DNA of 63,590 nt, filler included, from Octopus bimaculoides (GCF_001194135.2; 5 parts of 4 records of this genome joined end to end with filler, not necessarily neighbours in it); one strand, 5' to 3'; positions 42,410 to 57,354 are shown, counted from the whole stretch's first letter. Notes: generated from the sequence alone by a model not told the origin. Made by a program: numbers and translations.

Positions 42410-42950
42410 TCAATATTGCGTACAGAAGCGGAACAAAGGACTATTCACAACATTCAATAGAGTTTATTCATTGGGAAGTTCCACACAAGCAACACACGAT
42501 GAGTATGATTTTAGCGTCCTTCAAATGAAATTGAGTGAGCAAAATTTATTAGCTTATTCGTTAGGTTGGTCTCGTTCCTTAAGGTTAATCACGTGATTGT
42601 GCTTGATCTGGTTTATAGAGTCACTATCCTTAAATTGTTGTAGGCTTCGAGGAAAAACAGCTCAGGATTGTTGTCTTCACGGACAGTAACCTCAAGATGT
42701 GGTTGGGAACAAAACGACATTAAGAAAAAAACAAAACAGGTTTTGCTTGTTATAATCGCTGTGATATCCAGTTGCCTGGAGATTTATGAAGTTTCCCAAG
42801 GGGAACTTCCACTGATATCAATAGTTGGACAATGTTTCTGATCTCAGTTTAACAGATGTCATCCATTGCTTCAGCTTCTTCATCTGACTCTACATCCTCA
42901 TCTATTTTACCAGCACAATAACGTGTGAAGGATTATAAGCCAGCTCGCAT

Positions 42951-42998
<48 letters not shown>

Positions 42999-43023
42999 AC
43001 ACACACACNNNNNNNNNNACACA

Positions 43024-43062
<39 letters not shown>

Positions 43063-43402
43063 GCATGCACACGCACACTTTATATACTTGATCGGCAATC
43101 TAAGTCTTGTAGTTGTGCAGTTTCCAAATTTTAAATAAAATAAACTTTACTGTTTGTACTGAGTACTCTTTCCCTTTTGTTTGTTAAGGTAAGTGTCTAA
43201 TCCACTCATGTACACGCATAGGCATATGTAGGCGCGGCACGTGTGTGTGTGTGTGTTTGTGTGCATATGTGTGTGTGCGCGTGTGCATTTTTTTTTTGTG
43301 AAGATTATACGTACGTGTTGAAATGTGTATGTGAAAATACAGACAAGACAAACGTCATACATACACACATACACACACATACACTAACAACACATACACA
43401 CG

Positions 43403-43436
<34 letters not shown>

Positions 43437-44369
43437 GAGGGAATCAGTGAAGTAGAATGTGCTAAGTAGAAATATAAAAGTTGAGTGGTTGTTTAAACGA
43501 AGCATAACCAAAGTAATCGATTGATGATGTGACGTCTTAATTCCTTGTCAAAAGGAATGGGAGCTATGTCTATTAAAATCGCCCCCCCCCTTCACTACTG
43601 CGTTCTTTACTCTTTAAGAGGGAAGAGTGTGATTCGAAGAAGTGTTGGCCTTTAATTGTACCCAGTCGACCAACCACATAGAGGCTTCCATATTAGCTTA
43701 CAAGATGGCGAAGTGTTATTTGAGGAAAATTTGGTGGTTATTTCTAATAGTTCGAACGTTCGGGTTGTTGTTTCTCTTATTAACTCTTGAGGAGGTGGAG
43801 CAGCATCTGAGAGAAATTTGGCTCTTATTTCCAGCATTTGAAATGACTTAGTAGAGATTCCCTTCTTGGTTGTTAAGTTTTATTTCTCATACCTTCAAGT
43901 ACAAAATTCGGGTTTCTTGTAAACCAGACACTGATATATTGGAGCGGTGGGATTAGATGACATAGAATGATGTCATTCACGTGACTCACATAAGTATCAG
44001 TCTTGGAAGAAAAATGGAATTATCCTTGAATTGAACCGAACAACCTAATGTTCTTAACAATGTACTTCCTACACTGTACTTAATCAACAATGTACTTTCG
44101 TTACCATAATTTTCTACCATTCTATGAAGGAGAGACAGTTGCACCTATCAACCGTTATTTTTTCAGAACCTCCGATCCAACTGGCAGGAGGGGAGACTAT
44201 TATCCTGGAGCCAGAGACTTGGCTTGGATGTTTGTCCGGATAAGTGAACTCCACTGAGCATGTGTAAAGACCAAATCGGGGATGTCAGACAGGGCGACGG
44301 AATAACTCAGCCTTTCAAGAACGTAAAACTCCACAACAAATACCATTAGGCACCTCTCTGACAATCCCG

Positions 44370-44470
44370 CCAATATATTGTCCGGACTGGTACTTTATTT
44401 TATCGACCCAGACGGATTAAAAGCCGTGTTCACCTCGGCAGGATTTGAACTCAGAGGGCAGAGAACAGGC
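44370..44470 (-). mobile_element. SINE family B fragment (a similar fragment lies at about 45385-45510)
   Basis: CTGGTACTTTATTTTATCGACCC...CTCGGCAGGATTTGAACTCAGA. Confidence 0.7.
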
Positions 44471-44570
44471 ACACAAATACCTCTAAATACCATCAAGTGT
44501 GCCGAATCGTTTTTTCAATAGACATAAAGCCAGCAATTGTATATAATTGACAGAATCATCACTCGCATTA

Positions 44571-44611
<41 letters not shown>

Positions 44612-45769
44612 AATCTATCTATCTGTCTGTCTATCTGTCTGTCTGTCTGTCTTTCTATCTATCTGAATATATGTATACACACACGTACACACACATACAC
44701 ACACACACATATATATAGGAAAAGAGAGAGAGGAGAGCTGGAACAGCTAGAAATGAAGTGCCTTGCTCAAAGAATCAAGGCACCACCTGGTCCAACATAG
44801 GGCTGCACTCTTGCTAACGTTACATTTCACAGAGAAGTTCCTAATATACACAGACAAGATGATCACGACTGGAACACTATTGATTATAGGTCTACTTTAT
44901 AAAAATTAACCACCAGCTAGCTACCAAAAACAACGACGGCGTATCAAACAATTTGTATTCTAGCGAAATAGAAATACGATGCTGTGGCGTTCATTTGATC
45001 ATTGACTGTTAGTATTTAGATTTGATTCCGTTGTCATTTCCAAGAGAGATAAACTGCTAGAATTATTTAGAAACCTTCGCCTCCTTAAATAAAGATATAC
45101 AACATGTTTAGACAGAGAGAAGGTTTTTGAATACACACTCATTGAAATGGTAACCAAGCATATCCCTGCTTAACTCCGGTGTTTTTAATGTAAATTAACC
45201 GTGTCGCTAGATGTTTTCAGGCATATAAAGACTTGTATTAATTGGTATATCATATTTTATAACGATTAGATATTTGCCGTAAAACTAAGCTGGACGGACG
45301 AAGCTGATTCGGCCGATCTGAAGACTTATTTATACCCCTCAATTAGGATTTATATGCAGTCTTTAATAACGATTCATTACATAGGCACAAGGCCTCATTT
45401 TATTCTTGGTGGAGGGAGAGTAGTAGATTTTAGCGATCCCTGTACATGACTGGTACTTATTTTAGCAACTCCAGTAACTGTTCATACTTTATTTTAGCGA
45501 CCCTAAAGGTTGAAAAACAAAATTATTGTCTGTCGTAAAGCATTATGTCCGGCGAATTAAGTGGCCAACTATTAATAAACGAGAACAAACTTCGACGGTC
45601 CAGTATTAGTTTAACAGAATAATAAACATCGAAAAGTAAGAAAAGTGACCGGGTGAACTCTCAGCCTTTGGCGAGTTAATAAATTGTTAATACAAATTAT
45701 ATATGAGCATATGCATGTATACATACATATATGTACATACCTACATCTACATGTATATATAGATGCATA

Positions 45770-45945
45770 TCCGGGTACAGGACGTCAAAAAAGGAACGGG
45801 AACAAAGCACAAAAACGGACTTTATTTTACGGACAACAGAATGAACACATAGGAAAACAGACGAGCCACTTATGGAACTTTTCCTTCATCAGCTGCCTCT
45901 ATTCTAAACTAGGCGTTTCGAAGATGAGGCAGTGTGTTGGGTAAT
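45770..45945 (-). mobile_element. Possible Penelope-like terminal-repeat relic
   Basis: Minus strand has CGAAACG and CTGATGAAGG motifs within short stems, typical of PLE ends. No ORF. Confidence 0.4.
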
Positions 45946-46534
45946 TCTTCTGATGCTTATATCACGCTGATTTTTTTTTCCATTTAAAGAGATATCGCGT
46001 TATTCAGGCGTTTACGTCTAAACGAATGTGTTTGTTGTACATAATGTGTTTTAAAACATTCGTGGTTAATCCGATGTACATGTTTACTGTACGGTCAACA
46101 GAATCTGCTGGCTTCTCTAGAAAAAAAAAACAACTACATATACGTATGCAAACACGCGAGCACGTATACACACAACCAGTGAGATACAATTGATGATATC
46201 CAATTCCACAAAATCCTAAATTGAAAAAAAAAAAAATTAAATGAATAAAAATGAAGATGAAAATAAATTTTAAAAAGCGAAGTAGAAACAAAGAGAAAAC
46301 GAAAAAACGAAGGGAAATCTAAGATGCGAAAATATACATACATGCACACACTCATATTTGCATAGAAATATACACAGAAATACGCCCTACACACAAAAGT
46401 ACATACTCATATCTATACATACATACACACTCACATTTACAAAGAATCCTTGCAGAAGTTTTTACACCTTAGTAAATTAAAACTATATGGTAAATACTAT
46501 AAACAGATGTAAACCACATGTTTATGATGGTAGT

Positions 46535-46743
46535 GATGATGATGGTAATGATGATGATGATGATGATGATGATGATAATGGTGGTGGTGGTGGAGTTAAG
46601 AGTGATGCTACTGCTGCTGATAATCATGACAGTCGTTAAAAATACATTTAAATTGTAGATCATTCCAGACAAATGAGATAATCTGATCTTCATTATTACA
46701 GAAAAAAATTTTCAATAGAGGAGAGAGAGACAGAGAGAGAGAC

Positions 46744-46776
<33 letters not shown>

Positions 46777-46827
46777 GACAGAGAGAGATAGATAGATAGA
46801 CAGAGAGAGAGAGATAGATAGACAGAG

Positions 46828-46890
<63 letters not shown>

Positions 46891-47312
46891 GACAGACAGA
46901 GAGAGACAGACAGAGACAGACAGAGAGAGAGAGATAGACAGAGAGAGAGAGAAAGAGAGAGAGAGAAAGAGAGAGAGACAGACAGAGACAGAGACAGACA
47001 GACAGACAAGCAGAGAGTGTGAGTGAGAGAGAACAGGATGAGCAGAATGAGGATGCGGAGGGGAGGAGAAGGAGGGGAGGAAGAGATAGGAGAAGAGATG
47101 TAAGACGTGAAAAAGAGAATCGGAGGAGGAAGAGGATGAGGAAGAGATAAAAGAAGAGATGCAAGATGTGAGGGAGTGAAAGAGAAGAGGGGAGGAGGAG
47201 GAGGAGGAGGAGGAGGAGGAAGAGGAGGAGGAAGAGTTATAAGACGTGGGGGAGGCAGAAAGGATGAGTTAGAAAAGAGAAAGGCAGAAAAGATATGAGG
47301 CACGAGGAGAGA

Positions 47313-47348
<36 letters not shown>

Positions 47349-47400
47349 AGAAAAGAGAGGAAGTAAAAGAGAGGCAGAAAGAAGGGATGAAGAATGAGAA
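46535..47400. repeat. Compound low-complexity block: (GAT)n, (GA)n/(GACA)n, (GGA)n
   Basis: Direct reading. Strongly purine-rich on the plus strand from about 46715. Confidence 0.95.
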
Positions 47401-47784
47401 ATATGTCTCATTCTTGTTTTTCAATATGGCGGTGGTAATAAGTATTTCAAGGAAGACAGCATCGTATTAAAATGTTAACGAAATAGTTAAACTCTTTAAG
47501 TGGCCCAGTCGTAAATATGTTCAATGAGAGATGACGTAGAGCATCGTTAAAAGCTACTGGGACGCTGTGTTTGTGAGTGTATAAATATATATATATATAT
47601 ACACACAGATTAATGTGCGTGTATATATAAAATGTACATATAATGCGTATGCATATATTTACACCAAGTTTGTGTGTGTGTGTGAGTGGGTGGTGTGAGT
47701 GTGTGTGTAAATTGAATTATCGTAGCCATTAAAAGCATATACACATTGTCTTTTTTAATAAATATTTGCAGACATTTTGTCATG

Positions 47785-47798
47785 TAATAATAATAATG

Positions 47799-47854
<56 letters not shown>

Positions 47855-47902
47855 CATAATAATAATAACAACAACAATAATAATAATAATAATAATTATT
47901 AT

Positions 47903-47943
<41 letters not shown>

Positions 47944-47965
47944 TAATAATGATAATAATAGTAAT
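47785..47965. repeat. (AAT)n microsatellite
   Basis: Direct reading. Confidence 0.95.
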
Positions 47966-48218
47966 TATAAGGAAGCATTGGGAATAAAAACTACATATCA
48001 CAGTATATGTAGTTTTAATGGCTACCAAAATTCGAGAATGATGTAATTGCTTCACTTTCAACAAAACATCTTAGATTGGATCTGAGATATCGTATCTTGG
48101 CCAAAAACTGAAATAAATTCATACAGGCATACACACACACACACACACGCACACACACACACATAATATATATATATATATATATATACATACATACATA
48201 CATATATATATATATATA

Positions 48219-48318
48219 NNNNNNNNNNNNNNNNNNNNNNNNNNNNNNNNNNNNNNNNNNNNTTAATTAATTAANNNNNNNNNNNNNNNNNNNNNNNNNN
48301 NNNNNNNNNNNNNNNNNN
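48219..48318. other. Artificial scaffold-joining spacer
   Basis: 44 N + TTAATTAATTAA (48263-48274) + 44 N. Confidence 0.95.
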
Positions 48319-48339
48319 TATATATATATATATTTGAAT

Positions 48340-48600
48340 GTGTGTGTAACTTAGTTTTTGCATTTATCTCCCACCATCACTTGATAACCGGTGTCGGTTT
48401 GCTTACATCCCCATAATCTAGCGAATATCTTATGTTGATATCTTTGCGTACCGGTGATATTCCGGCTCGGCAAAAGAGACCGATAAAATATGTACAGCAC
48501 TGAAAAAATAAGTGCTGGGTCAATTTGCACGTCTAAGACCCTTCAACGTTGTACCTCACCATAGTCACATTTCAGTGACTTAAACAAGTAAAATATAAAA
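48340..48600 (+). mobile_element. SINE family A, degenerate 3' half
   Basis: CACTTGATAACCGGTGTCGGTTTG...CTCGGCAAAAGAGACCGATAAAATA...GACTTAAACAAGTAAAA. Confidence 0.7.
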
Positions 48601-49913
48601 GATTCGCTTATGCATCATTTCTTGCTTTGGCAAAGATTGTAGTTTGTGAGTTTAGAGAAGAATAGCTGTTATTTCTAGCACGAAGAACGACCATATGAAG
48701 AGCTTGAATTATGCTCATTCTACAAAGAAGCCATATATTTGACATCAATAATAACGCTATGATTTGTTGATGTTGACTGATTTCTAACTCACGCACGTGA
48801 TCAGATGGACATCTTGCCTTTTCCTTTCAACCATAATCTACCCAACAACTCTATCATTTGATGCAACCTTCCAGCTAGATGCTAAAGTATGATTAGTGTC
48901 TAAATTAGATACTATTTCTATCTGGTCGATCGAGTACATGGAGGTCACTCCTCTTCAATAATGACTATTCTGATAAGACTGTGCGTATTGAATCTCTGCT
49001 CTCAACTATTGTTATTCCTCTTACAGCTCTAATTATATTAGGGATGACAAGAATGTGACAAAATCATATTTTCCTTTCTGAAACGAATAGATCCTTTGTT
49101 CTTTAACAAAATATATCAATATTTTGATATTATAAGTTCCCTTTGTTATAATTTTTTTTTCTAATTGGTTTTGTTTGTAGATGTTCCATTTTTACACACT
49201 GACGTAAATTCGATGGATGTTACTGTAACATTGGAAATTATTAATCGATGACATTCATAGAATTGGAAATAATTGAGAGACAACATAAATATAATGACAA
49301 AGAAAGCCAATTCTAACGTACTTCCATGGAAAAGACAAATTCATTTTATACACTCACAATATTCGATTTTTTTCTCCCTTTGATATTCCTGATTTTATTA
49401 CAAGCTTTTATTGTGGATGCTGCTGCTGCTGCTGTTGTTGTTGTTGTTGTTCTTGTTAATGTTGTTGTTGTCAGTGATGATGTTATAGTTCTGGTTGATT
49501 TTGATACGATTATTTCTAATGCGATTACTTCAGCTATATTTAGTTCCAACGAAATGCTCCGATCTCTGATGTCTTCATATATTGGTTAGAATCTAATTGT
49601 GATAAGGAAATTACTGACGATTAACATTTTACAAGGTATTGCACAAAACACAGAAAAAAACAAAAACAAGAAGAAAATATTATATTCTGTACTATCTGCC
49701 TATTCTAAGTCTTCTAGAATATATTCGCCAGTTTCTTTCACAGTCATTTCGTTTTATTTTTTGTATAATTTCTCTTTTCATTGTATTATGATCACGTAGA
49801 TGCAGAGATGTATATATGCATTTGCATAAGGATGCATATATAATCTTACACACACACACACACTCACACACTTACATGCTTGCACATGCATACACACGTT
49901 CTCAGACAAACAG

Positions 49914-49968
<55 letters not shown>

Positions 49969-51643
49969 TGTATCTTGTAGATTTGACTCAGCCACTTATT
50001 GAATTCACACAGACTTATACCATATCCCGTATTTATTTCATTTAGTAACTACTTACACACTTTTGTGAACAATGCTTCAATAGATCTGGCATAATTATGC
50101 TGCATTTCACCGAAATAAGTACATCTTATGGTGTGTAGTTCAGGCTTTGATCGATTAGTTCACAGAATATATTTCTAGCCACTTTCCTTTCCGTTTGTGC
50201 GTAACCAGCTGTTACTCACAAAATACGCCTATTAATAAATTTGTAAATCTATCATCACCTGGGTCATAGTTTGCTGTATATATACTCCCTTCCCTTCTGC
50301 TATGAGCTTCTCCTTAGGGTCCCAACTCAACACACTTCATGAGAACATTTGCCAAATTTGACATTTGGCATTTCAACCCACCATGCAGCATTACACTTTA
50401 GTTTATCCACGAAATTTCTCCCTTAATACTGAATAAATTTCTCTTCTTTTCCCCTTAATCATGTCCCTCTCCGCTTGATTATCTGCATTTCTGTTATTCA
50501 GAATGTGTTTACATTTACGTCTGAAATTCTTTCTATTATATTGATTGTCCTTTTAATACTAATATAGTTTTTAATGTCTTTATGAGTATATAAGTACGAA
50601 CGCTTCATCCATGCTAACGTTTGCCTTGACAAACTTTCAGAAGCCAGTGTGTGAATTTGACGACACCGTTTACGCGCGGCATATATGTCCCGACACGTAT
50701 TAAATTCAGTTATATCGAACTGGAAGCGTAATTTCCACAAGGCTTATCTATGTTGAACTACATGTATACATGTATATATATCCGAATTTATCCTTACACC
50801 ACCTACATTTTCGTAATAGTTTCTGCCAGTAAAAAACATTCTAACGGTGAGCATTGATATATGTTGGAAGAGAAGTGTGTATATGCGTGTGTGGATAATG
50901 CAGATCATCGCTAATACAAACCCTCGTGGCGTGACTGCTGGTGTCCACCCCAAAAAATTCTCTCCTGGTCCTAAAGTAGCTACTATGATAATTCATCCCG
51001 TTCTATCGCATCTATTTTCTCTGAATTTTCTTCTCTAACACAAGCAGCTTTTCTAACATTTGCAAAGTCTATAAGTGCAATGTCCGGTAAATTTTCATTA
51101 TTTCGATACTCGAATATTCAAAACAGAAACAAAAATATAGCTGACTACCCAGAAATGGACACTGTCCGACAAGACAAGTCACAAAGTTTTCTTAACAACT
51201 TACAAACTTAAGAAACTTTATCTTCACCAAAATAGTTTTTCAGACACAAGACAACATCACTCTCCCAGAATATTGATTGTTAGCACAAAACTCAGACAAA
51301 CACACATACAGACACACTCGAGTACTCATATAATGTATGTATAATCATTTATGTGCGCATATGCATATATAAATCGGTTGTATAATGTGGTATATATATA
51401 TATTTTTATATTTGAGTGGTTTTGAAGTGTAGAAGGAAGAAGATATATATACGTAAATGCATCAATTCATCTGTAGTAAACGCAAGGTCATATACTCACA
51501 TACACAGGCATACACATTGCCGAATGCATACACCTCCACAAACAAATACATGTATATACACACACACACAAACACATATATCTGTATGTATATACATATA
51601 CATGTTTATATATATATACACACACACGCACACACACACAGAT

Positions 51644-51678
<35 letters not shown>

Positions 51679-51683
51679 CATAC

Positions 51684-51728
<45 letters not shown>

Positions 51729-51880
51729 GTTATAATATAGGGTTGTGTGTGCATGTGTGTGTTTATATGTCCATTTATATGTGCATTTATATGTGTGTGT
51801 GTGTGTGTCTTGAGAAATATAGGTAGATAGATAGCTAGAGAGAGATAGATAGATAGATAGGCAGATAGATACATAGACAA

Positions 51881-51941
<61 letters not shown>

Positions 51942-52694
51942 GAGGCAGGCAAGCAAGCTGGCAGACAGAAGTCAGACAGACAGACAGATAGACAGATAGA
52001 TGCATAGTTATTTTGGAAGAATGAGAAAGTGAGTGAGTGAGTAAGTGAATGATTGAGTGAGTGAATGAGAGAGAGAGAGAGAGAAAGAGAGAGAAAGGAA
52101 ATAGAAAGCGAGAATGGAAATAGAGTGTGAGGGGGAGAGAAAGGGTGGGAATTATTCATCCGATGAAGCATAAGAATACGTACTTTTCTTTTTTTCAAGT
52201 AATATTTTTTTGGTGTCTGTGTTTATCTATACTTATGTACGATTACACAATATATTTTGAAGAACGATATTTATCTGATATAAGAATCTATAGCTTTAAT
52301 ATAGTGTAAACGAATCAATGAATATTGTAACCACTTCAGATAATCTGATTTTCAGAAATAAAGATATTTTCAACACTACTGGAGAACTCAGTTTATATCA
52401 TTAATTGAAGTACCTCCTTAAAACAACTTACTGGCAGACACTCCTAATTTTATGATGTCGAACTACTTGAGAGCTTCTGTGGCAGACATTTTGTATTGAT
52501 CCTCATCTAGAAATTTGAAAATTCACGCGGGCGCGCAAACACGCGCATTGTCACGTACACATGTACACACACGCACACACATACACATACACACACTTAT
52601 ACAAACATACACGGCGACGCACGTTCAAACGTAGAGTTGTAGGAGCATGTAATTGATTTTATATGCGTGTGCGTACGTGAATAGATATGTAAAT

Positions 52695-52777
<83 letters not shown>

Positions 52778-52977
52778 TTCAATTTATTTATCTACTTTTC
52801 AATCTACTTATGTCTATAGATGCATACAGAAACGCACACATATGAACACTCACCTGTACACACGCATACACACACATACTCATGCATGCATATAGAACTA
52901 TATATACATATACAAAATCAAGGATACACAGAGCTCCTTGGCTAAATCTAAATAATACCAGTTATATGTAATTTTTT

Positions 52978-53168
52978 TCTACTTTAGGCACAAGGACTGA
53001 AATTTTGGGGGAGTGTTCAGTCATATGCAAGTGGTACTTAATTTATCGATCCCGAAAGGATGAAAGGCAAAGTCGGCCTCAGCAGAATTTGAACTCAGAA
53101 CGTAAAGACAGATGAAATACCGGTAAGCATTTCGTCCGATGTGCTAACGTTTCTGCCAGCTCACCGAC
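52978..53168 (-). mobile_element. SINE family B
   Basis: GGTACTTAATTTATCGATCCCGAAAGGATGAAAGGCAAAGTCGGCCTCAGCAGAATTTGAACTCAGAACG...GCCAGCTCACCG. Confidence 0.9.
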
Positions 53169-53659
53169 TTACCAGTTATATGTAATGAAACAAAATATAT
53201 AAGCAGATTGTCACATATATATATATGTGTGTGTGTGTGTGTGTTCTTTCGTGTGTGTGGTTGTGTGTGTTTGTGTGGATGAACACTTAAATAAAAATAC
53301 ACCCATATGCTTCCATACACGTATATATATATACTTATATAGCTTATAGAAAGAACACCTTGATAAAAAGAACACATAACAGTAGCTTTAATTTGCCGTA
53401 ATTTCCGTGTAGATTTCATTCGTTACCGTTGCTTTTTAGATTCTGGTCAAAATCGTCCCAACATACGTAAGATCGAATGCAATGAAGACGTATAAAATGG
53501 TGCATGTAATAGGGACCTAGGTCTTCTGATATAGTCTCATGTGTAATTTAAATTTGTAGATACTATTAAAAAAAGAAAATAACAACAGATTTTAAAATCG
53601 CATCAGCATATGCCATGTTTATACGAGCATTGAAGCATTCCAATATAGTAATTATATTA

Positions 53660-54427
53660 GGCGAAGGTGCGGCAATGTGGTAAGAAGCTTGCTTCCCAAC
53701 TACATGGTTCCGGATTCAGTCCCACTGCGTGACACCTCGGACAAGTGTGTTCTACTATAGCCTCGGGCCGGCCGAAGCCTTGTAAGTGGATTTGGTAGAT
53801 GGAAACTGAAGGAGGTCCGTCGTATATATGTGTATATGTCTGTGTGTCTGTATTTGTCCCACTCATCGTCGCTTGACAACCGATGCTGGTGTGTTTATGC
53901 CCCCGTAACTTAGCGGTTAGGCAAAAGAGACTGATAATACTAGGCTTACAAAGAAGACGTCCTGGGGTCGATTTGTTCGACTAAAAGTGGGGCCCCAGCA
54001 TGGCCGCAGCCAAAATGCGCGAAAGAAATAAAAGAACAAAAGAATTAATAAGGCACAGTCATACCTGAGTTGTTAGGAAGTTGGCCTTGCAGATAGTTTC
54101 TTATTCAGTCTTTTAGCGTGACAACATGGGTGAGCGCTTTGGGCCAACTACTGAGTAGGGAGCGAATTTGGTTCACGGAAACTGTATATAAGCCCGGCCG
54201 ATATATGTGTATATATGCTTTTGTCTTTAATGTTTCTCACCACCGTTTGTTATAATATATCGGTTTCTTTATATTCCAGTAACCTAGCGGTTCGGCAAAG
54301 TAGTTTCATAGAATAAATTCATGCCAAACTTAAATTCAGGAACAAATGGTGATTTATTCGTCTCAAACCATCAGGTGGTTCCTTAGCATAGGCGCAGTCC
54401 AATAACAAATAAGTAAAAGGTAAAAGA
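53660..54427 (+). mobile_element. Two tandem SINE family A copies (younger 53660-54045, much older 54050-54427)
   Basis: The first matches the family throughout; the second keeps CACGGAAACTG, GTAACCTAGCGGTTCGGCAAA and the AAGTAAAAG tail. Confidence 0.8.
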
Positions 54428-55003
54428 ATTATCACCAATATAACATGCAAAATATATGTATAATTCAGGACATGAACATTATTATAATGGTGTATAGAGT
54501 AAATCTAAAATTTTAACCAGCACAAAATAAATGACATCAATTCGAAACTACTGCGCATTTATCGACAAATGGCTGGACAGGAAACGACAGTTGTTTTTGA
54601 CTGTTCAGGACATTTAATTAATATTAATGTTCATATGCGCTGTTTGTTGAAAACTGAGACTTATTCTATCGGAATAAAGTAGCAGTCGATGCTGTATTAA
54701 TATTATATTAAATATAATATTGTGTGCGAGGTTAGCAATAAGAGAAATTGAAAATTTTCGACTAAATAGAAAAAAAAATGCAACGAAAGAAAAATATCGA
54801 TAATTGAATCTTCAAATCTTTTGAAAGTCATGATGTATGTAGTGAGAGATGACCTATATGTGTGTGTGTGTGTGCGTGTGTGAGTGTGTGTGCGTGTGTG
54901 TGTGTGTAAAAACTAAATAATGAGCACATAAATTGATATTAATCAAATAAAACCAGTGGCTTAGCATATTTAAAAAATCCGAAGATTAAAAATTATATTA
55001 CAT

Positions 55004-55113
55004 ACAAAATTAAGAGGAATGACTACCAAGAACACCCTTCGTGGTTAGGCGATTTCACGTCTATTTTTAGCATATTAGGAGACCACCTTGGTGGTCATTC
55101 CTCTTAATTTTGT
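55004..55113. mobile_element. 110-bp MITE-like foldback element
   Basis: 27-bp TIRs ACAAAATTAAGAGGAATGAC(T/C)ACCAAG at 55004-55030 and 55087-55113, one mismatch. Confidence 0.7.
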
Positions 55114-55495
55114 GTATATATATATATATNNNNNNNNNNNNNNNNNNNNNNNNNNNNNNNNNNNNNNNNNNNNNNNNNNNNNNNNNNNNNNNNNNNNNNN
55201 NNNNNNNNNNNNNNNNNNNNNNNNNNNNNNNNNNNNNNNNNNNNNNNNNNNNNNNNNNNNNNNNNNNNNNNNNNNNNNNNNNNNNNNNNNNNNNNNNNNN
55301 NNNNNNNNNNNNNNNNNNNNNNNNNNNNNNNNNNNNNNNNNNNNNNNNNNNNNNNNNNNNNNNNNNNNNNNNNNNNNNNNNNNNNNNNNNNNNNNNNNNN
55401 NNNNNNNNNNNNNNNNNNNNNNNNNNNNNNNNNNNNNNNNNNNNNNNNNNNNNNNNNNNNNNNNNNNNNNNNNNNNNNNNNNNNNNNNNNNNNNN

Positions 55496-55573
<78 letters not shown>

Positions 55574-56227
55574 CATTTTCATGCAGGTTCAACTTTTTTT
55601 TACTTTCATTAGGGATTCTTCATGCAACAACACCGTTACTTTGTCATCGGGTAATATATCAAATAACGACATATGAATATCGTGTACACGGAGTGAATAA
55701 TATTACAGTAATCTAAGATTTAATGAGCATACAATACAAATATGAACCAAGCATCAAATAACTTAATTGTTATTGATGAGAAAATGATTTACAGTTAAGA
55801 AATTTCTTTAATATTGATGTGATGTAATTCATTATTAATACGCTTTCACGGTAACACACTTTGTTTAGACGTGCCCGTTGTTTTAAGATTATAGACAATG
55901 AGCAGTACTCCAAAGATACATCACTAGTAATTGGTACCGTTCATTATGTAGCTCATTAGATTCCTTTAATTGTGTAAATATTTTATAAATATTATATGTT
56001 GGAAAAAGAGGATGGAATCGGTCTCACATGTAGTTAAGTATATAGCAACAAACGCACCTGGGTATCATGTCATATACATAGTGTAAATGAGTAGAGAATA
56101 CACAGCGTTATCGCGACTAGTTCAGTAGTTTTCAACATAGTCTGAAGAACTAAACTATTCAGCATATTAATATGATTTTACATATGCATACACATATACA
56201 AATACACACCTCTACAAGCACGTATAC

Positions 56228-56276
<49 letters not shown>

Positions 56277-57099
56277 CGTATATGTAACTGTATGTATAAA
56301 TAAGAACACACTTGGGGTTGAAAATTCACAACGGCTGTTTCGGCAGCGTTTTATTGATGCATTTTAGATTATATTGTGGCATAAGCTCGCAATCGTCAAA
56401 TAACTTTTAAAGATATAAACAGATAGGGCAGAAGTAAAAGGTGACTAGTTCACCAAAAGTGTAACAGAACACTATGAAATATAGGCCATAGAAAATATTC
56501 TGCTCAGGGAGAACTGCAAGAAACACCACGATGATACATTCACTACGAATGTATCTGTAAAACGTTATAGTATTACATCATTGCAGAATTTTGTCTAAAT
56601 CCAGAAGCTTAATTATATTCACACACCTACCTACATACGCACACTCACACACTTAAACATACACTTAAACACACTCACAAACTCCACAAACGCGCACATG
56701 CACATACTCACATAGTCTATTTCGTGTTTTGTGTATATGTCTTTTATTATATCTATGTATAACTGTCTCGGCTTTGGATAATATTGAAACGATGTGGATG
56801 TCTCCCTTTAGACTTAGTTAACTCTTAATTCCAAGCAGCGTTGCTGATGTTCTAATTTTCTGTCAAAATACCTCATACAGACACTCATTTCAGATTAACA
56901 TTTATTCCAATGCTTTCAATTCTGCTGAACTAGCACTGACTATAATCAATTGCTACATATACATATACAGACGCACACTCATATATTTATATGTATGTGT
57001 CTATGTATATATATATATATATATATAAGGTTTTTAACTTTTAAATTTTCATATTCAAAAGAGACAGAGACTTCAAATTCGATATATCGATTTATTCAT

Positions 57100-57316
57100 T
57101 TCTGTGCCAAACTTATCCTGTGACTGGTCCATTGGATTTAGACATTTGGCACTTCTTCAGCTCACACTATGGTAAGATTATAAACACACATATAATCAGA
57201 TTTGGATTTTTTAAATACTAGGAACATAGCACAGATAATAGCAGCACATAACCTTAAAATACTTAAGTCTAGAGAAACAGGTAGGAATGAGAATTTGAAT
57301 AATAATATAAATGGCA

Positions 57317-57354
<38 letters not shown>

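Noticed and set aside
43540-44340. Possible APE endonuclease relic (minus-strand SGLQETRI near 43915)
   Set aside because: Only one motif, and the NVRT-like motif lies in the wrong order, so it is too weak to call.
46608-47411. 267-aa Leu/Ser/Pro-rich ORF
   Set aside because: Translation of the (CT)n/(CTGT)n/(CCT)n strand of the low-complexity block.
49326-49589. Hydrophobic 87-aa ORF resembling a membrane protein
   Set aside because: The hydrophobicity comes largely from (GCT)n(GTT)n repeats and T-rich DNA.
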